From: Ostreococcus lucimarinus
Lineage: Eukaryota
Length of the DNA stretch: 64,000 nt
Assembly: GCA_000092065.1 (NCBI GenBank)
Contig: CP000583.1
Direction: 5' to 3' (one strand)
In this document: piece after piece, positions 47,296-57,756 of the stretch
Position numbering within the stretch: the first letter of the stretch is position 1
How the letters are laid out: the number at the start of each line of letters is the position of its first letter
The notes under the pieces: model-generated
Database searches by the model: none
What the model saw: the letters and a program-made list of their open reading frames with translations, nothing else
Told to the model about the DNA's origin: nothing
Position numbers and translations under genes: made by a program

Positions 47296-47538
47296 CTCAC
47301 AATTGGTGCGCACGACGTAGCTCGAGTGGTGATCTCGCGGCGGGCGTTCGCGGCGCGCCGTGGATTGCGGTGGATTGTTGGCCCGCGACGCGCCGCGGCG
47401 CTTCGCGGGTTATCGGCGCCGACGAAGGCGCGCAAGGTCGCGTACGCATCGACGAGGTAGTGAAGGGTTTATCGGTGGATAATCACAAGAGAGATATCAC
47501 TTGGCTATGGGTGGTACAAGTTCAAGCGTTGCGCGGGA

Positions 47539-49023
47539 TCACGCGTCTTTGCACTGCGCAAAGATGAAACTCAAATTTTGCGCGCACTCTTGAAAGAGTT
47601 CGCCTAAAACTTCGGTGATGTCAGCCTCACCATCTGCGGGATTTTCCATCTGCGGCGCCTCACCGGCGGAACCTCGCGCTTTGGTCATGACGAAATCGTT
47701 ATCACCGATCGGGATGATGCGCTTGGTGCCTATATCTTTGTCGGAATTCGACGTATACATCGCCTTGAGCCGACGAATGATGAGTTCCTTGAACGCATCC
47801 GCCACGGGGCTATTCTCCGGGGCATTTGAACGCTTGGCGAAGATGAAGAGCAAAGCTTCCCAGATACGACGCATTTGAGGCTTGCAAATTTTCAGCTTCG
47901 CGGCAGCCATTTCGAAAACGTGCTGCGTGCAGGCCAATGCGTTGCGTCGAGCGTCGTCGGTCTGCGCTCGCGCGGCGTCCATCGCCGCACTTTGAACCTT
48001 GGCCATCATCTCCGGTAGTTTCAAGCAAGCCTTGACGTCATGCACGTCTCGTAATCGTTGCAACTGATCTGTGGGGTCTTCAATCGTCAAATCTCGCATC
48101 GATCGATCAATCGCGAGCTTGCGAACGGCTTCCAACATCTTCCCACCGAGGCCTTGTCGCTGGTACGGAGGGAGCACCAAAATCTGGCTCAATCGCGCTC
48201 GCTCGGAATCAGGATAGGCGTAGAACCGATATACCGTCGTAAATCCAGCGGTTTCCCAGCGTCCATCGGCGTGATGCCTCGTCGCCACGAGCAGAGTCCA
48301 ACGCGAGTCTGAGTTATCAATCTTGCTCGCCGCGTCGATGAAAAACACCGCGTACGCCTCCATCGCGGCGTGCCACTTTCTCGCCTCCTCATTCGTCGCC
48401 AACTCGTACGCAGTGATTTTTGTCACCACCCCATCGCTCTCACTCTCTGCCACCAGCGTGCCACCAGCGCATGGTTCTGCCATACCCGCCTCGCGTTTAA
48501 ATCTCTCCTCATCCTCGTACAGCTCGCACAATCCATCTGAATCAAACCACTCTCGCATTTGCTCCACCACGGGATCCGCCGGATTCATCGCGCTCGATAT
48601 TTTCTTTTCGTATCTCATCTTCAACAGCGCTCGCAACGATGTCCTGCACACGTACACGTCCAACGCCAACCCCGCGTATCCGAACACGCTCTCATCTTCG
48701 CGAAACACCTGATGCGTAAACTCCGCGTCGAACGCATCACCATCGTCCCTCGTCGTCTCCAACGCGCTTCCAGGCGTCCAGGGATGAAACTTCAACGCAT
48801 CCACGGCCTCGCACACGTACGACACCGGCGCATCGATCGGTTTCTTCGCGATTTTCGCGCCGCAGCTGTTGGATTTCGAATTCAAATCGATCGTCGTCGT
48901 CTGCGTCGACAGCCCCTGCGCGCTCGCGCTTACCGTCGCCGGCATCGCGAAACCGAGATCGGCGTTTTCATCGCCGAACCTCGCCGCGAGTTTCGCGCGC
49001 TTTGCCGCCTGATCGTCGTCCAT
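47539..49023 (-). CDS. HAT1: Histone acetyltransferase type B catalytic subunit (HAT1).
   Basis: HAT1 N-terminal domain plus the GNAT core ILVLPPYQRQGLGGKMLEAV. Start chosen at ATG 49023 (MDDDQAAKRAK), because the more upstream ATG overlaps the XPB ATG in a CATG. Confidence 0.75.
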   Translation of the reverse strand: MDDDQAAKRAKLAARFGDENADLGFAMPATVSASAQGLSTQTTTIDLNSKSNSCGAKIAKKPIDAPVSYVCEAVDALKFHPWTPGSALETTRDDGDAFDAEFTHQVFREDESVFGYAGLALDVYVCRTSLRALLKMRYEKKISSAMNPADPVVEQMREWFDSDGLCELYEDEERFKREAGMAEPCAGGTLVAESESDGVVTKITAYELATNEEARKWHAAMEAYAVFFIDAASKIDNSDSRWTLLVATRHHADGRWETAGFTTVYRFYAYPDSERARLSQILVLPPYQRQGLGGKMLEAVRKLAIDRSMRDLTIEDPTDQLQRLRDVHDVKACLKLPEMMAKVQSAAMDAARAQTDDARRNALACTQHVFEMAAAKLKICKPQMRRIWEALLFIFAKRSNAPENSPVADAFKELIIRRLKAMYTSNSDKDIGTKRIIPIGDNDFVMTKARGSAGEAPQMENPADGEADITEVLGELFQECAQNLSFIFAQCKDA

Positions 49024-49096
49024 CGTCGTCGATGCGTCGCGTCGACGTCTGAGGCGATTCGCCGCGTCGCGACAGACGTCGACGCGCGCGCGCGTC

Positions 49097-51775
49097 ATGA
49101 GCGGTGCTCGACGACGCGGACGAAGCGTCGACGACTCGGGCGAGGATAGGGCGGCGAAGCGAGAGAAGACGGGCGCGGATGCGGCGACGACGACGGCCAA
49201 GACGACGCCGAGCTTGAAGTTTACCCTGAAGAAATCGTCTTCGATCGTCGACGGCGCGGAGCCGGTGACGCGCGAGGACGACGGTGGTGCGATCGAAGAC
49301 GTCAAGGATGAAGTCGTGGACGCGGCAGAGGCGCGACCGAGGCTGAAGCTGAGCGTGAAGATGAAGAGACGGCACGAACACGCCCCCAAGGTGAGCTTTC
49401 TGAGCGAAGACGCTGAATTGAACGACGACGGACCGAGCGAGAGCGATAGCGAGCTCGAGGACGCGCTGTGGAAAGGAGGGGATGGATTCGGAGAGAATGA
49501 TTTCAGTGAGTTGGAACTGAAGCCCGATCACGCGAATCGGCCGCTGTGGGTTTGCGACGACGGGAGAATTTTTTTAGAATCGTTTTCACCCGTGTACAAG
49601 GCGGCGTATGACTTTTTAATCTCCGTCGCAGAACCGGTGTGTCGACCGGCGAATATGCACGAATACGTGTTGACGCCGCATTCTTTGTACGCGGCGGTGT
49701 CGGTAGGACTTGAAACGTCGACGATTTTGTCGGTGTTGGATAGATTGAGCAAGACGAGACTGAGCGACGAGATTCACGACTTTGTGCACGAGTGCACAGA
49801 AAATTACGGCAAGGTTAAGCTGGTTTTGCAGAGGAACAAATTTTACTTGGAGTCGAATGATCCCAAGATTTTGAAAGAATTGCTACAAGATGACGTCATT
49901 CGCGCCGCGCGAGTGGCGGGTTCGGCGAACGCGTCGTTTCACGTGTCGCACGCGCTCAAGGAAAAAGGGGCGCAAAAATTAGTCGACATCACCGAAGCGG
50001 AGCAAGGCGACGCCATGGAAGGCGTGGATGTTCCGGCTGATGGAATGGATGTGAAGTACCAGCAGGAATTCCTCCCAGAATACGATCCTGATCGACAGAT
50101 GCATAGTTTTGAGATTGAGGCGAGGCAAGTCGAACACGTCAAGCAGCGATGCCTTCCGGGTAACCTCGGATACCCGACTCTTGAGGAGTATGATTTTAGG
50201 AACGACACGCGGAATCCGGACTTAGGTATCGAGCTTAAACCAATGACTCGCATTCGTCCTTATCAGGAAAAGTCGTTGTCGAAGATGTTTGGTAATGGAC
50301 GAGCCAGAAGCGGGATCATCGTGCTCCCGTGCGGTGCCGGCAAGAGTTTGACTGGCATCGCGGCGGCTGCTCGAATACGTAAATCATGTTTGTGTTTATG
50401 CACATCAAGTGTGAGTGTTGATCAATGGGCGGCGCAGTTCAAGCTCTGGACTAACTTGACCGATGCTCACATCGTGCGCTTCACGTCGCAAAACAAGGAC
50501 GATTTCCCGCCACCCGACGAAGCATGCGTATGCGTTACAACATATAACATGGTGAGCGCCGGCGGTAAGCGCAGCGAGGGTAGCGAACGGATCCTCGAGG
50601 CGATTCGATCGCGAGAGTGGGGATGCATGTTACTAGATGAAGTGCACGTAGTACCAGCGGCGATGTTCCGCAAGGTCATTGGGATCACAAAGGCGCACTG
50701 TAAACTCGGACTCACTGCAACGCTTGTGCGTGAAGACGACAAGGTGGATCATCTGAACTTTTTGATTGGACCTAAACTTTATGAAGCAAACTGGTTAGAT
50801 TTACAACGCGATGGACATATCGCGAACGTGCAATGCGTCGAGGTTTGGTGCCCGATGACGGCCGAGTTCTTCCGCAAGTACTGCGATCCAAACTTCAATA
50901 ACAAAAAGCAAGTCTTGTACTGCATGAATCCGAATAAGTTCATGGCTTGTCAGTTTTTGATGCAATTCCACGAGCAGCAGCGCAAGGACAAAGTCATTGT
51001 GTTCAGTGATAACATCTTTGCGTTGAGAGAGTACGCAACCGCGTTGCGCAGGCCGCTGATTTACGGCGATACATCACACGCCGAACGCACGCGAGTATTG
51101 CACGCCTTCAAGTATAGCAACGAAATCAACACCATTTTCCTTTCCAAAGTTGGTGATAACTCCATTGATATCCCCGAGGCAAATGTCATTATTCAAATTT
51201 CTTCACACGCAGGCAGTCGTCGCCAAGAAGCTCAGCGTTTAGGTCGAATTCTACGTCCAAAGGCGGCGCAACTGAGTGGGAAGAAGACAAACGCAGACGA
51301 ACATAATGCATTCTTCTATTCTTTGGTATCGACCGACACGGCCGAAATGTACTACAGTACAAAGAGACAGCAGTTCTTGATTCAGCAAGGTTATGCCTTC
51401 AAGGTGGTGACTGATTTGATCGGTCCTCAAGATAAACCGCAGCTCATGTACTCGACACAGGAGAAGCAACTCGACCTTCTCGCGAAAGTTTTGAGCGCCG
51501 GCGAGGCTGAAGCGGGTGAGGAAGTGCTTCCAGAGGATGAAGATGCGATTAGACAAGCTCATAAACCAGTGGGTGCCGCGCGTAGGACAGCGGGCTCAAT
51601 AACTGCGCTGTCTGGCGCCGATGGTGCATATCTCGAATTTGATGCGCAACGCGGCGGCGCAAAGAAGAAGGCTAGCTTTCAACGAGCGTCTGGGGCGCCG
51701 AGAGCGGTGAAGCCGAAGAATTCAATCTTGCGCGAGCGAGACGCGATGTTGCGCGGCAAGAAGAAATTAGCATAG
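49097..51775 (+). CDS. XPB: TFIIH helicase subunit XPB/ERCC3/SSL2 (SF2 DNA helicase).
   Basis: PLWVCDDGRIFLESFSPVYKAAYDFLI...LTPHSLYAAVSVGLETSTIL is the XPB N-terminal domain. Helicase motifs LPCGAGKS and LLDEVH. Confidence 0.9.
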   Translation: MSGARRRGRSVDDSGEDRAAKREKTGADAATTTAKTTPSLKFTLKKSSSIVDGAEPVTREDDGGAIEDVKDEVVDAAEARPRLKLSVKMKRRHEHAPKVSFLSEDAELNDDGPSESDSELEDALWKGGDGFGENDFSELELKPDHANRPLWVCDDGRIFLESFSPVYKAAYDFLISVAEPVCRPANMHEYVLTPHSLYAAVSVGLETSTILSVLDRLSKTRLSDEIHDFVHECTENYGKVKLVLQRNKFYLESNDPKILKELLQDDVIRAARVAGSANASFHVSHALKEKGAQKLVDITEAEQGDAMEGVDVPADGMDVKYQQEFLPEYDPDRQMHSFEIEARQVEHVKQRCLPGNLGYPTLEEYDFRNDTRNPDLGIELKPMTRIRPYQEKSLSKMFGNGRARSGIIVLPCGAGKSLTGIAAAARIRKSCLCLCTSSVSVDQWAAQFKLWTNLTDAHIVRFTSQNKDDFPPPDEACVCVTTYNMVSAGGKRSEGSERILEAIRSREWGCMLLDEVHVVPAAMFRKVIGITKAHCKLGLTATLVREDDKVDHLNFLIGPKLYEANWLDLQRDGHIANVQCVEVWCPMTAEFFRKYCDPNFNNKKQVLYCMNPNKFMACQFLMQFHEQQRKDKVIVFSDNIFALREYATALRRPLIYGDTSHAERTRVLHAFKYSNEINTIFLSKVGDNSIDIPEANVIIQISSHAGSRRQEAQRLGRILRPKAAQLSGKKTNADEHNAFFYSLVSTDTAEMYYSTKRQQFLIQQGYAFKVVTDLIGPQDKPQLMYSTQEKQLDLLAKVLSAGEAEAGEEVLPEDEDAIRQAHKPVGAARRTAGSITALSGADGAYLEFDAQRGGAKKKASFQRASGAPRAVKPKNSILRERDAMLRGKKKLA

Positions 51776-51813
51776 CTTTATAGATTATAATTACAACGCT
51801 TAGACTAGTAGTA

Positions 51814-54800
51814 CTAGAACGTGAAGAAGTAGTGAACATTCTCACGTGTCTTCTTCAACCATAGTTTGAATTTCGCTCCACGTGAGAGAAATGGCTTACG
51901 GTAGACGTATTCGGCATCCTTTGCCGTCTCTAACCCAGGCACGGGACCAGAAATGAGACCTAATTCTCGGAGTCGAGCAAAAAAATGTCTCTTTGCGTCA
52001 GACTGCGTACATTTACTTCGCCTGGTGGCGATTTGAATGAAAACGCTGAGCAAGAAACCATTCTTCATGTCGACGATCATTTCAATCTTTGGAGGGCATC
52101 CTTTCCATCGGATCTCATCTGTCTCGTCCCAAGTGAATTTTTTCAGATTTGTCCTCGCATCAGCTTCACCATCCTCCATTTCTGGGTTCGCCACATGCAA
52201 GAACGCAGTCATGGCTTTCTGATTAAATCGACAGTTCATCGTGTACCGAATGGACAAGATTCCCGCTGATTTTGATCCGGCATACTTGATCAATCGATTG
52301 AATGACGCACCCAATGCGAACCACCAGAGCATATTTAAGATGAACATGACCATTGGAGTCTGTACGTACCAATCGAAAGCCTTGACCGACCAGTCGATGT
52401 CAGCCGCAACGCCGAGATACAAACCGTGCAATCGATCAAGAATTGCAAAAGCGAGAGATCCAGCCAACACTACTTGCATGATCTCAAGGGACGTCGATGC
52501 GCGCTCATTTGCGCGGAAAACTTCTTCAAGGTTCTGCGTGTTGTTTGACACCGCCTCGTTCACCTTGAACTCTTTGTTTTCTTGAATGACATCGGCGGCA
52601 CTTTTCAACGCTTGCAACTCACCGCTCGCGCCGTCTAAGCTTTTGCGAATATCTCGAATGCGTCGCTCAAGGCGAAAGTTTGTATCATCGAGCTGCAGTA
52701 TTTTAGACAAGCGCTTCAATACTTGATCGTTTATTGCCATTGGTGCCGTCTCAGTGAGAGATTCAAGGAGATAGCTATGAATTTCCCGCATGAGAATGAT
52801 ATCTGCCGATACATTTGACATGAGTTCGCGAATTTTGAAGATATTGTTTGGATCGGCGTCATGATTGCGTATGAGATGATCGATTTCTCCGAGCGTGTCC
52901 ACGGTGACAAATGTTTGCCTATAGAGCGCCTGAATGAACATATTTCGTGACATCATGGACATGTATTGTAATACCAAGGGTTCAAATTTTTCGGTATTCT
53001 TTGAGCAGAGAATCATACCGGTTGAGCCGATGATGATCAATTCATCATCTCGCGATAGTTGAAAACCACACTCTACTTCACCGATGATCTGCCGAATCTC
53101 ATTTTCCATGTCTTCCATATCAAGCAGCTCATGCGCCATGGGCATCTCTTCTTGACCTCTCTTGTTGATTCTACTCGTGAAGAACACGTTGAACTTTTCG
53201 CGATTCATCGCATCGCCCATGTGCACTAAATCCAGCAAGTGTCGCTGATGGTCGGTGAGTAAATTACCAATGACTTCGCTTGAATCCGTGCCGATATCAC
53301 GAAGCAAACGTGCGAGGTGATCGAGCGAAAAGTTGTTGCCATCGGTCACTTTCATCATACCGTCGAGCGTCAAGCCGTAAAGCATGAAGCCTTCTTCACT
53401 CACGTGGATGCCGAAGTTTTCAATTTGCACAATTCCAGGTTCTTCTTCGTACTGTACCTCGGCTTCGAAGTTCACGTACGACGTTTCTTCGAAATCTAGC
53501 ACGTTGACCCGCGTCAAACCATCGACTTTGCCTTGGAAGCATGGGTTGTTGGGATCTTTGTCCATTTCGCTCGTAAAGTAGCCGCCAGCAACGCGGTCCG
53601 TCGAACCTAGCTTGTCATTCAGACTCAACACCTGATTCGCGCCCATAGGAATCCATTCACCAACCATCAATCGCAATCTATCGAATGACAACTGCTCATC
53701 CAGCTCGTCTCTGATGGTGCCCGTTGCTTTGACGAGTGCGGCGGTCTTGTGTTTGTTACTAGTGCACTCACGCCCCCACTTTCGCATCGACTTCGGAACG
53801 AACGGAGATGAAACGTACGAAACCTCTTCGATATCGGTGACATCGCTTGATTTCGTGTGACCTGAAGCGCTTTGGAGATAAAAAGTATCCGCTTTGGCGT
53901 CCCATTTTGCGACAAACAGGTTTCTTGGTGAAGGCTGCAATTTATCGGAGTACACGACTTCTTCGATGGCGGCTCTATCACGACGACGGAGGTGCGTTTT
54001 GAGGTGTAAATATCCCTCTTTTGTCAATCGGTAAGCCGTAGAGGTGCTATACTTCGTCGAACTCATCTTCATGCTCGATAAGAATCCAACTTGACACATA
54101 TCGTCGAGGTCGTCGACGCCTTCTTGAGAAATATTCAACCAAACGCGCTTAGATCCCATGGTCTCGGCCAAAGGTGCGTAATCGTAATTCAGCGCACCAG
54201 CACGAATACATTCATAAATCAAAACCAAGAGCTGGGTCTTTCGTACCCAAAGCTCGCTGTCTTCGGCCAAGCCTGGAAACGCATCTCTGTTCGCGTCCGC
54301 CGTGTACACCGACACGAGGAACAACAAACGCGTGTGCTCAACGCCAATCTCTTCTTCAGAGCCTTGAAACTGTTTTTTTGTTGGTTTCTGCGCGCTATGC
54401 TTACGCAAAGCTCGCATGATAGCCATCGGATTGAAATCTTCGCCACTCTTCTCATCGTTCGTTTCGAGTTCGAGCAGCGATTGTGCAATCACTTTATCTT
54501 TCTCCATTTTCGAATCCATCGCCTTTTGTAGCGACTCCTGCATCTGCTTGCTCAACATCTGATCAATCTTCTTCGTGTAATTATCGTACATCGCAATGAG
54601 AGCCAATCCAGCTACGTCCAATCTGTGTCCGCGCGCCGTATTCGTTCGCAACAACTCCAACTTTGTCAGCGCCTTCGCCATCGCCAGCGACGTTTGCATG
54701 TGAACCAACAACCGCCGCCAGAGCTTACGATACTTCGTTCGCGAGCTCGCGTGCGCTTGGGCGAAGCGGGACTTTACACCATCGCTCAGGGCGAGGTAGC

Positions 54801-54924
54801 GTCTTCGCGAGCACTCCGCGAAGAGCTCGGGCTTCACGAGCACGACGTCCTCCTCCGGGAAAGCCTTCACCATGACGATTCGCGGCGGTGGTACCCACGC
54901 CGGGTCTTCAGAACGACGCGCCAT
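51814..54924 (-). CDS. Orphan large protein (~1035 aa): globular N-terminal ~750 aa, a coiled-coil segment and a single C-terminal TM (tail-anchor-like). GC is markedly lower than the surrounding genes.
   Basis: Uninterrupted ORF. ATG at 54922-54924 (MARRSEDPAWVPPP). C-terminal MVMFILNMLWWFALGASF hydrophobic helix. No family recognised. Confidence 0.5.
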   Translation of the reverse strand: MARRSEDPAWVPPPRIVMVKAFPEEDVVLVKPELFAECSRRRYLALSDGVKSRFAQAHASSRTKYRKLWRRLLVHMQTSLAMAKALTKLELLRTNTARGHRLDVAGLALIAMYDNYTKKIDQMLSKQMQESLQKAMDSKMEKDKVIAQSLLELETNDEKSGEDFNPMAIMRALRKHSAQKPTKKQFQGSEEEIGVEHTRLLFLVSVYTADANRDAFPGLAEDSELWVRKTQLLVLIYECIRAGALNYDYAPLAETMGSKRVWLNISQEGVDDLDDMCQVGFLSSMKMSSTKYSTSTAYRLTKEGYLHLKTHLRRRDRAAIEEVVYSDKLQPSPRNLFVAKWDAKADTFYLQSASGHTKSSDVTDIEEVSYVSSPFVPKSMRKWGRECTSNKHKTAALVKATGTIRDELDEQLSFDRLRLMVGEWIPMGANQVLSLNDKLGSTDRVAGGYFTSEMDKDPNNPCFQGKVDGLTRVNVLDFEETSYVNFEAEVQYEEEPGIVQIENFGIHVSEEGFMLYGLTLDGMMKVTDGNNFSLDHLARLLRDIGTDSSEVIGNLLTDHQRHLLDLVHMGDAMNREKFNVFFTSRINKRGQEEMPMAHELLDMEDMENEIRQIIGEVECGFQLSRDDELIIIGSTGMILCSKNTEKFEPLVLQYMSMMSRNMFIQALYRQTFVTVDTLGEIDHLIRNHDADPNNIFKIRELMSNVSADIILMREIHSYLLESLTETAPMAINDQVLKRLSKILQLDDTNFRLERRIRDIRKSLDGASGELQALKSAADVIQENKEFKVNEAVSNNTQNLEEVFRANERASTSLEIMQVVLAGSLAFAILDRLHGLYLGVAADIDWSVKAFDWYVQTPMVMFILNMLWWFALGASFNRLIKYAGSKSAGILSIRYTMNCRFNQKAMTAFLHVANPEMEDGEADARTNLKKFTWDETDEIRWKGCPPKIEMIVDMKNGFLLSVFIQIATRRSKCTQSDAKRHFFARLRELGLISGPVPGLETAKDAEYVYRKPFLSRGAKFKLWLKKTRENVHYFFTF

Positions 54925-55171
54925 GATCTTCCGCGCGCGTCGGTCCGTCCTGCGTCGCTCGCGCGCGTCCTCAACGACCGATTCCAAAAATCAAATTGAA
55001 TTCTCAATCAGCCCAACGACTGACGATCGACGCAGCGCCGCGCTCCCGCTCGATCGCGCGCCCTCGCGCGCGCGCTTAACGCTCGCGCGCGTCCTCGGCG
55101 AGCTTTTCGCGCGTCGAACACCGCGCAAAGCGCGCGTCGTCGCGTAATGCAGCGATGATGTCCCGCGCACG

Positions 55172-57163
55172 ATGGCGCGGTCCCGACCGCACACGCCCGC
55201 GCTCGTCCGCGACGCGGCGGTCGTCGCGAGACCGTTCGCGCGCGCGACGCGCGCGACGCGCGCGGCGTTCGCGCGCGCGATGGCGAGCGATGGCGCGGGC
55301 GAGGCGCCGAGGAAGCTGCCGAAGTTGACGTTCAAGCTCAAGCTCAGCGCGGCGGCGACCGCGCGACGCGACGACGGCGAGGACGCGCGCCGAGGGAAGC
55401 GACGGCGAGAGGACGATGAGACGAGCGAGGATGATCGGCGGATGCGGGAGCTGAAGATGAAGGCGGCGCGGTTGAGTCGGATGCTGCCGAACGGCGAGGT
55501 CGCGGGGACGCGGGGCGGAGCGGACGGCGGCGACGAACGCGACGGGAGCGAACGCGTGATCGAGCGCGCGGCGCCGAGCGGCGCGCCGAGTGGTTTGTCG
55601 AGAGGAACGGCGCCGAGGGCGGCTATTTTCGATCACGTTGGGTTCAGGGAGGGTGGGACGGAGGCGGCGCCTTCGACGAGCTCTCCGGACGAGGACGGGG
55701 TCGCGGGGCCAGAGGAACCGCGAGTAGGAGGGCAGAATCTGACGCTCGAGCCGCCGAAGGTGAAAAACGAGGGTGCTGTGACGAAGAGGAAGCTGGAGGA
55801 TGCGTTGAATAAGCTGCAGAAATTGGATAAATTTCACATCTTTGCGTATCCCGTGACGGAGGATATTGCTCCGGGGTACTTTTCAATCATCTCTCGGCCG
55901 ATGGATTTCGCCACGCTACGAGCGCACGTGAAGAATAACGATTACTTGAGCATGTATCCGTTTTGCGTCGACGTCGAGACGATGTATCGCAACGCATTAG
56001 CGTATAATCCGCCGTCTACAGAGATTCACCAACAAGCGACTATGATGTTGGAGCGAGCGAGGCGAATGCTGAATAAATTGCGTGGGTTGTCGCCCAACGC
56101 GGGATTCATCAAGCCTCAAAAGCCAAAAACGATCAAGGCAACGCTCAATCGCGCGCCACTGACCGCCAAGCTGTCAAAATCGGCGAACTCGTCGGGCGCT
56201 TTGTTGGCGACAGATGTCGACATGTTTTCAAGCGGCGCAGGCGGTTTACCAGACTTCCCGAACGACGAATCCGTCGGGGTCAATGATTTTAGTTTAGTAG
56301 ACGAAGATGATTTTGGGATTGGTTTAGACACTTTTTTGGACGACGATTCCTTCCCTATGATGGGTATGCAAGCGGACATTGCAGACACGTTTGACATGCA
56401 GGAGGATGACATCGCCACCGGTGACACCGTCTTCGTAAATCCACCTCAACAGATACGACCAAAGACCATGGCGGCGGCGACAAAGCGTCAAACGTTTAAG
56501 ATTCCGCCGCAGTCGAGAAGGCTTAAGCGTCTACCAGAGATCTTTATGCGTCCAGGGCAATTTATCAGTCGACTGCGACAGTCGGGAAACATCTTTGTCT
56601 CGAGCAAAAGTAGCGCCACACTGGACATGTACTCGGCTTCAGTGCGCGCATTTCTTTCGGGAGTACCCGAAGATGCGAGGGATAAGTTTTTGAACGAAAG
56701 GTGGAAGCTGTGCTTGGCGCGACCTGATCCAAAAATGGTCGAGCCGGCGAAACACGCGCCTACTCCCAAGGCGCCCACGCACACTGGTCACAGCCAACTG
56801 CCGTCTTCCACGTCGCAGCAGTATTTCCCGAAACCAGCGAGCGCTAGTCAACTGATGCCGAACGTGAGTTCAGCTGCAAGCCTGGAAACGCTGTTGAAGG
56901 AAAATCCAGACGACCAGAATCACAGTAAACGCGTCCAGTCGGGCCTCGACGGAATGCGAGCGATGCTGCGCGCCGGCGAAGCCCTCCGTGGTGATCCGGT
57001 GCCGTCGAATGAGAATCCATTAGACTCTCTTCCTCGTGGATTCGTGCCCGCAGATGGCACCATGGAGTTCGCGGTGTCATGTCTCGGAAGCACCATCGCC
57101 AAGACGTTGAAGAAATTCAACGTCGATCTCTACCCTGAATCGTCAAACAGAGAACATGAATAG
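55172..57163 (+). CDS. Bromodomain-containing protein (BRD7/9-like), with long disordered flanks.
   Basis: FAYPVTEDIAPGYFSIISRPMDFATLRAHVKNNDYLSMYPFCVDVETMYRNALAYNPPSTEIHQQA is a canonical bromodomain. Confidence 0.75.
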   Translation: MARSRPHTPALVRDAAVVARPFARATRATRAAFARAMASDGAGEAPRKLPKLTFKLKLSAAATARRDDGEDARRGKRRREDDETSEDDRRMRELKMKAARLSRMLPNGEVAGTRGGADGGDERDGSERVIERAAPSGAPSGLSRGTAPRAAIFDHVGFREGGTEAAPSTSSPDEDGVAGPEEPRVGGQNLTLEPPKVKNEGAVTKRKLEDALNKLQKLDKFHIFAYPVTEDIAPGYFSIISRPMDFATLRAHVKNNDYLSMYPFCVDVETMYRNALAYNPPSTEIHQQATMMLERARRMLNKLRGLSPNAGFIKPQKPKTIKATLNRAPLTAKLSKSANSSGALLATDVDMFSSGAGGLPDFPNDESVGVNDFSLVDEDDFGIGLDTFLDDDSFPMMGMQADIADTFDMQEDDIATGDTVFVNPPQQIRPKTMAAATKRQTFKIPPQSRRLKRLPEIFMRPGQFISRLRQSGNIFVSSKSSATLDMYSASVRAFLSGVPEDARDKFLNERWKLCLARPDPKMVEPAKHAPTPKAPTHTGHSQLPSSTSQQYFPKPASASQLMPNVSSAASLETLLKENPDDQNHSKRVQSGLDGMRAMLRAGEALRGDPVPSNENPLDSLPRGFVPADGTMEFAVSCLGSTIAKTLKKFNVDLYPESSNREHE

Positions 57164-57254
57164 GAACATGAACATGATTGCACAGAACATTGTATTATTA
57201 CAGCACGATTTGAAGAAATATATTATACACTCTTCGTTCCATTCCCCGAACGCG

Positions 57255-57626
57255 TCATTCGTTGTCGTCATCGTCGTCGTCATCGAGCGTCCCCGCGCGT
57301 CGCTTGACCGGGACGAAGGCCTTACCATCAACGGTCAACGCCGACAATAAAACGCGCGATTCGCGCTCAACTGGCGCACCGCCCACACACACACGTCCGT
57401 CTTTGATCATGTCATCCACATCCGACCTCGTCTTTGCGTAGCCGTGCTTTATGAGCATTTTATCGACGCGTTTTCTTTTCGCGGATTCAAACGTCGCTTC
57501 GTTTTCTTTACCGAAGAGCGAGAATCCCCAGCCTTTCTCGATAGAGCGATCGTCCTTGACGACGATCCAGTCGTCGACATCGTCCACGTTGATCGTTTTC
57601 GCGGCGCTCGCGAGGGCGGGAGACAT
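57255..57626 (-). CDS. Small S4 RNA-binding-domain protein (123 aa) with a poly-Asp C-terminus.
   Basis: KRVDKMLIKHGYAKTRSDVDDMIKDGRVCVGG matches the S4 fold consensus. ATG at 57624-57626. Confidence 0.45.
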   Translation of the reverse strand: MSPALASAAKTINVDDVDDWIVVKDDRSIEKGWGFSLFGKENEATFESAKRKRVDKMLIKHGYAKTRSDVDDMIKDGRVCVGGAPVERESRVLLSALTVDGKAFVPVKRRAGTLDDDDDDDNE

Positions 57627-57756
57627 GGCGACCGGACGCGTCGCGCGATTGTGGCGCAACGGTCGAGAGAGTTCAACCGTGTATGGGTGGGCTTTCAAAA
57701 TACTGATCTTTACACGTCGTCGCCTAAAACGCACTGATGAACACTGGTGCGAAAAA

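Noticed and set aside
57143-57350. Small ORFs in the AT-rich 3' UTR between the bromodomain gene and the S4 gene.
   Set aside because: These short (about 60 aa) low-complexity ORFs lie in a convergent 3' UTR region. They have no start context or conservation signal.
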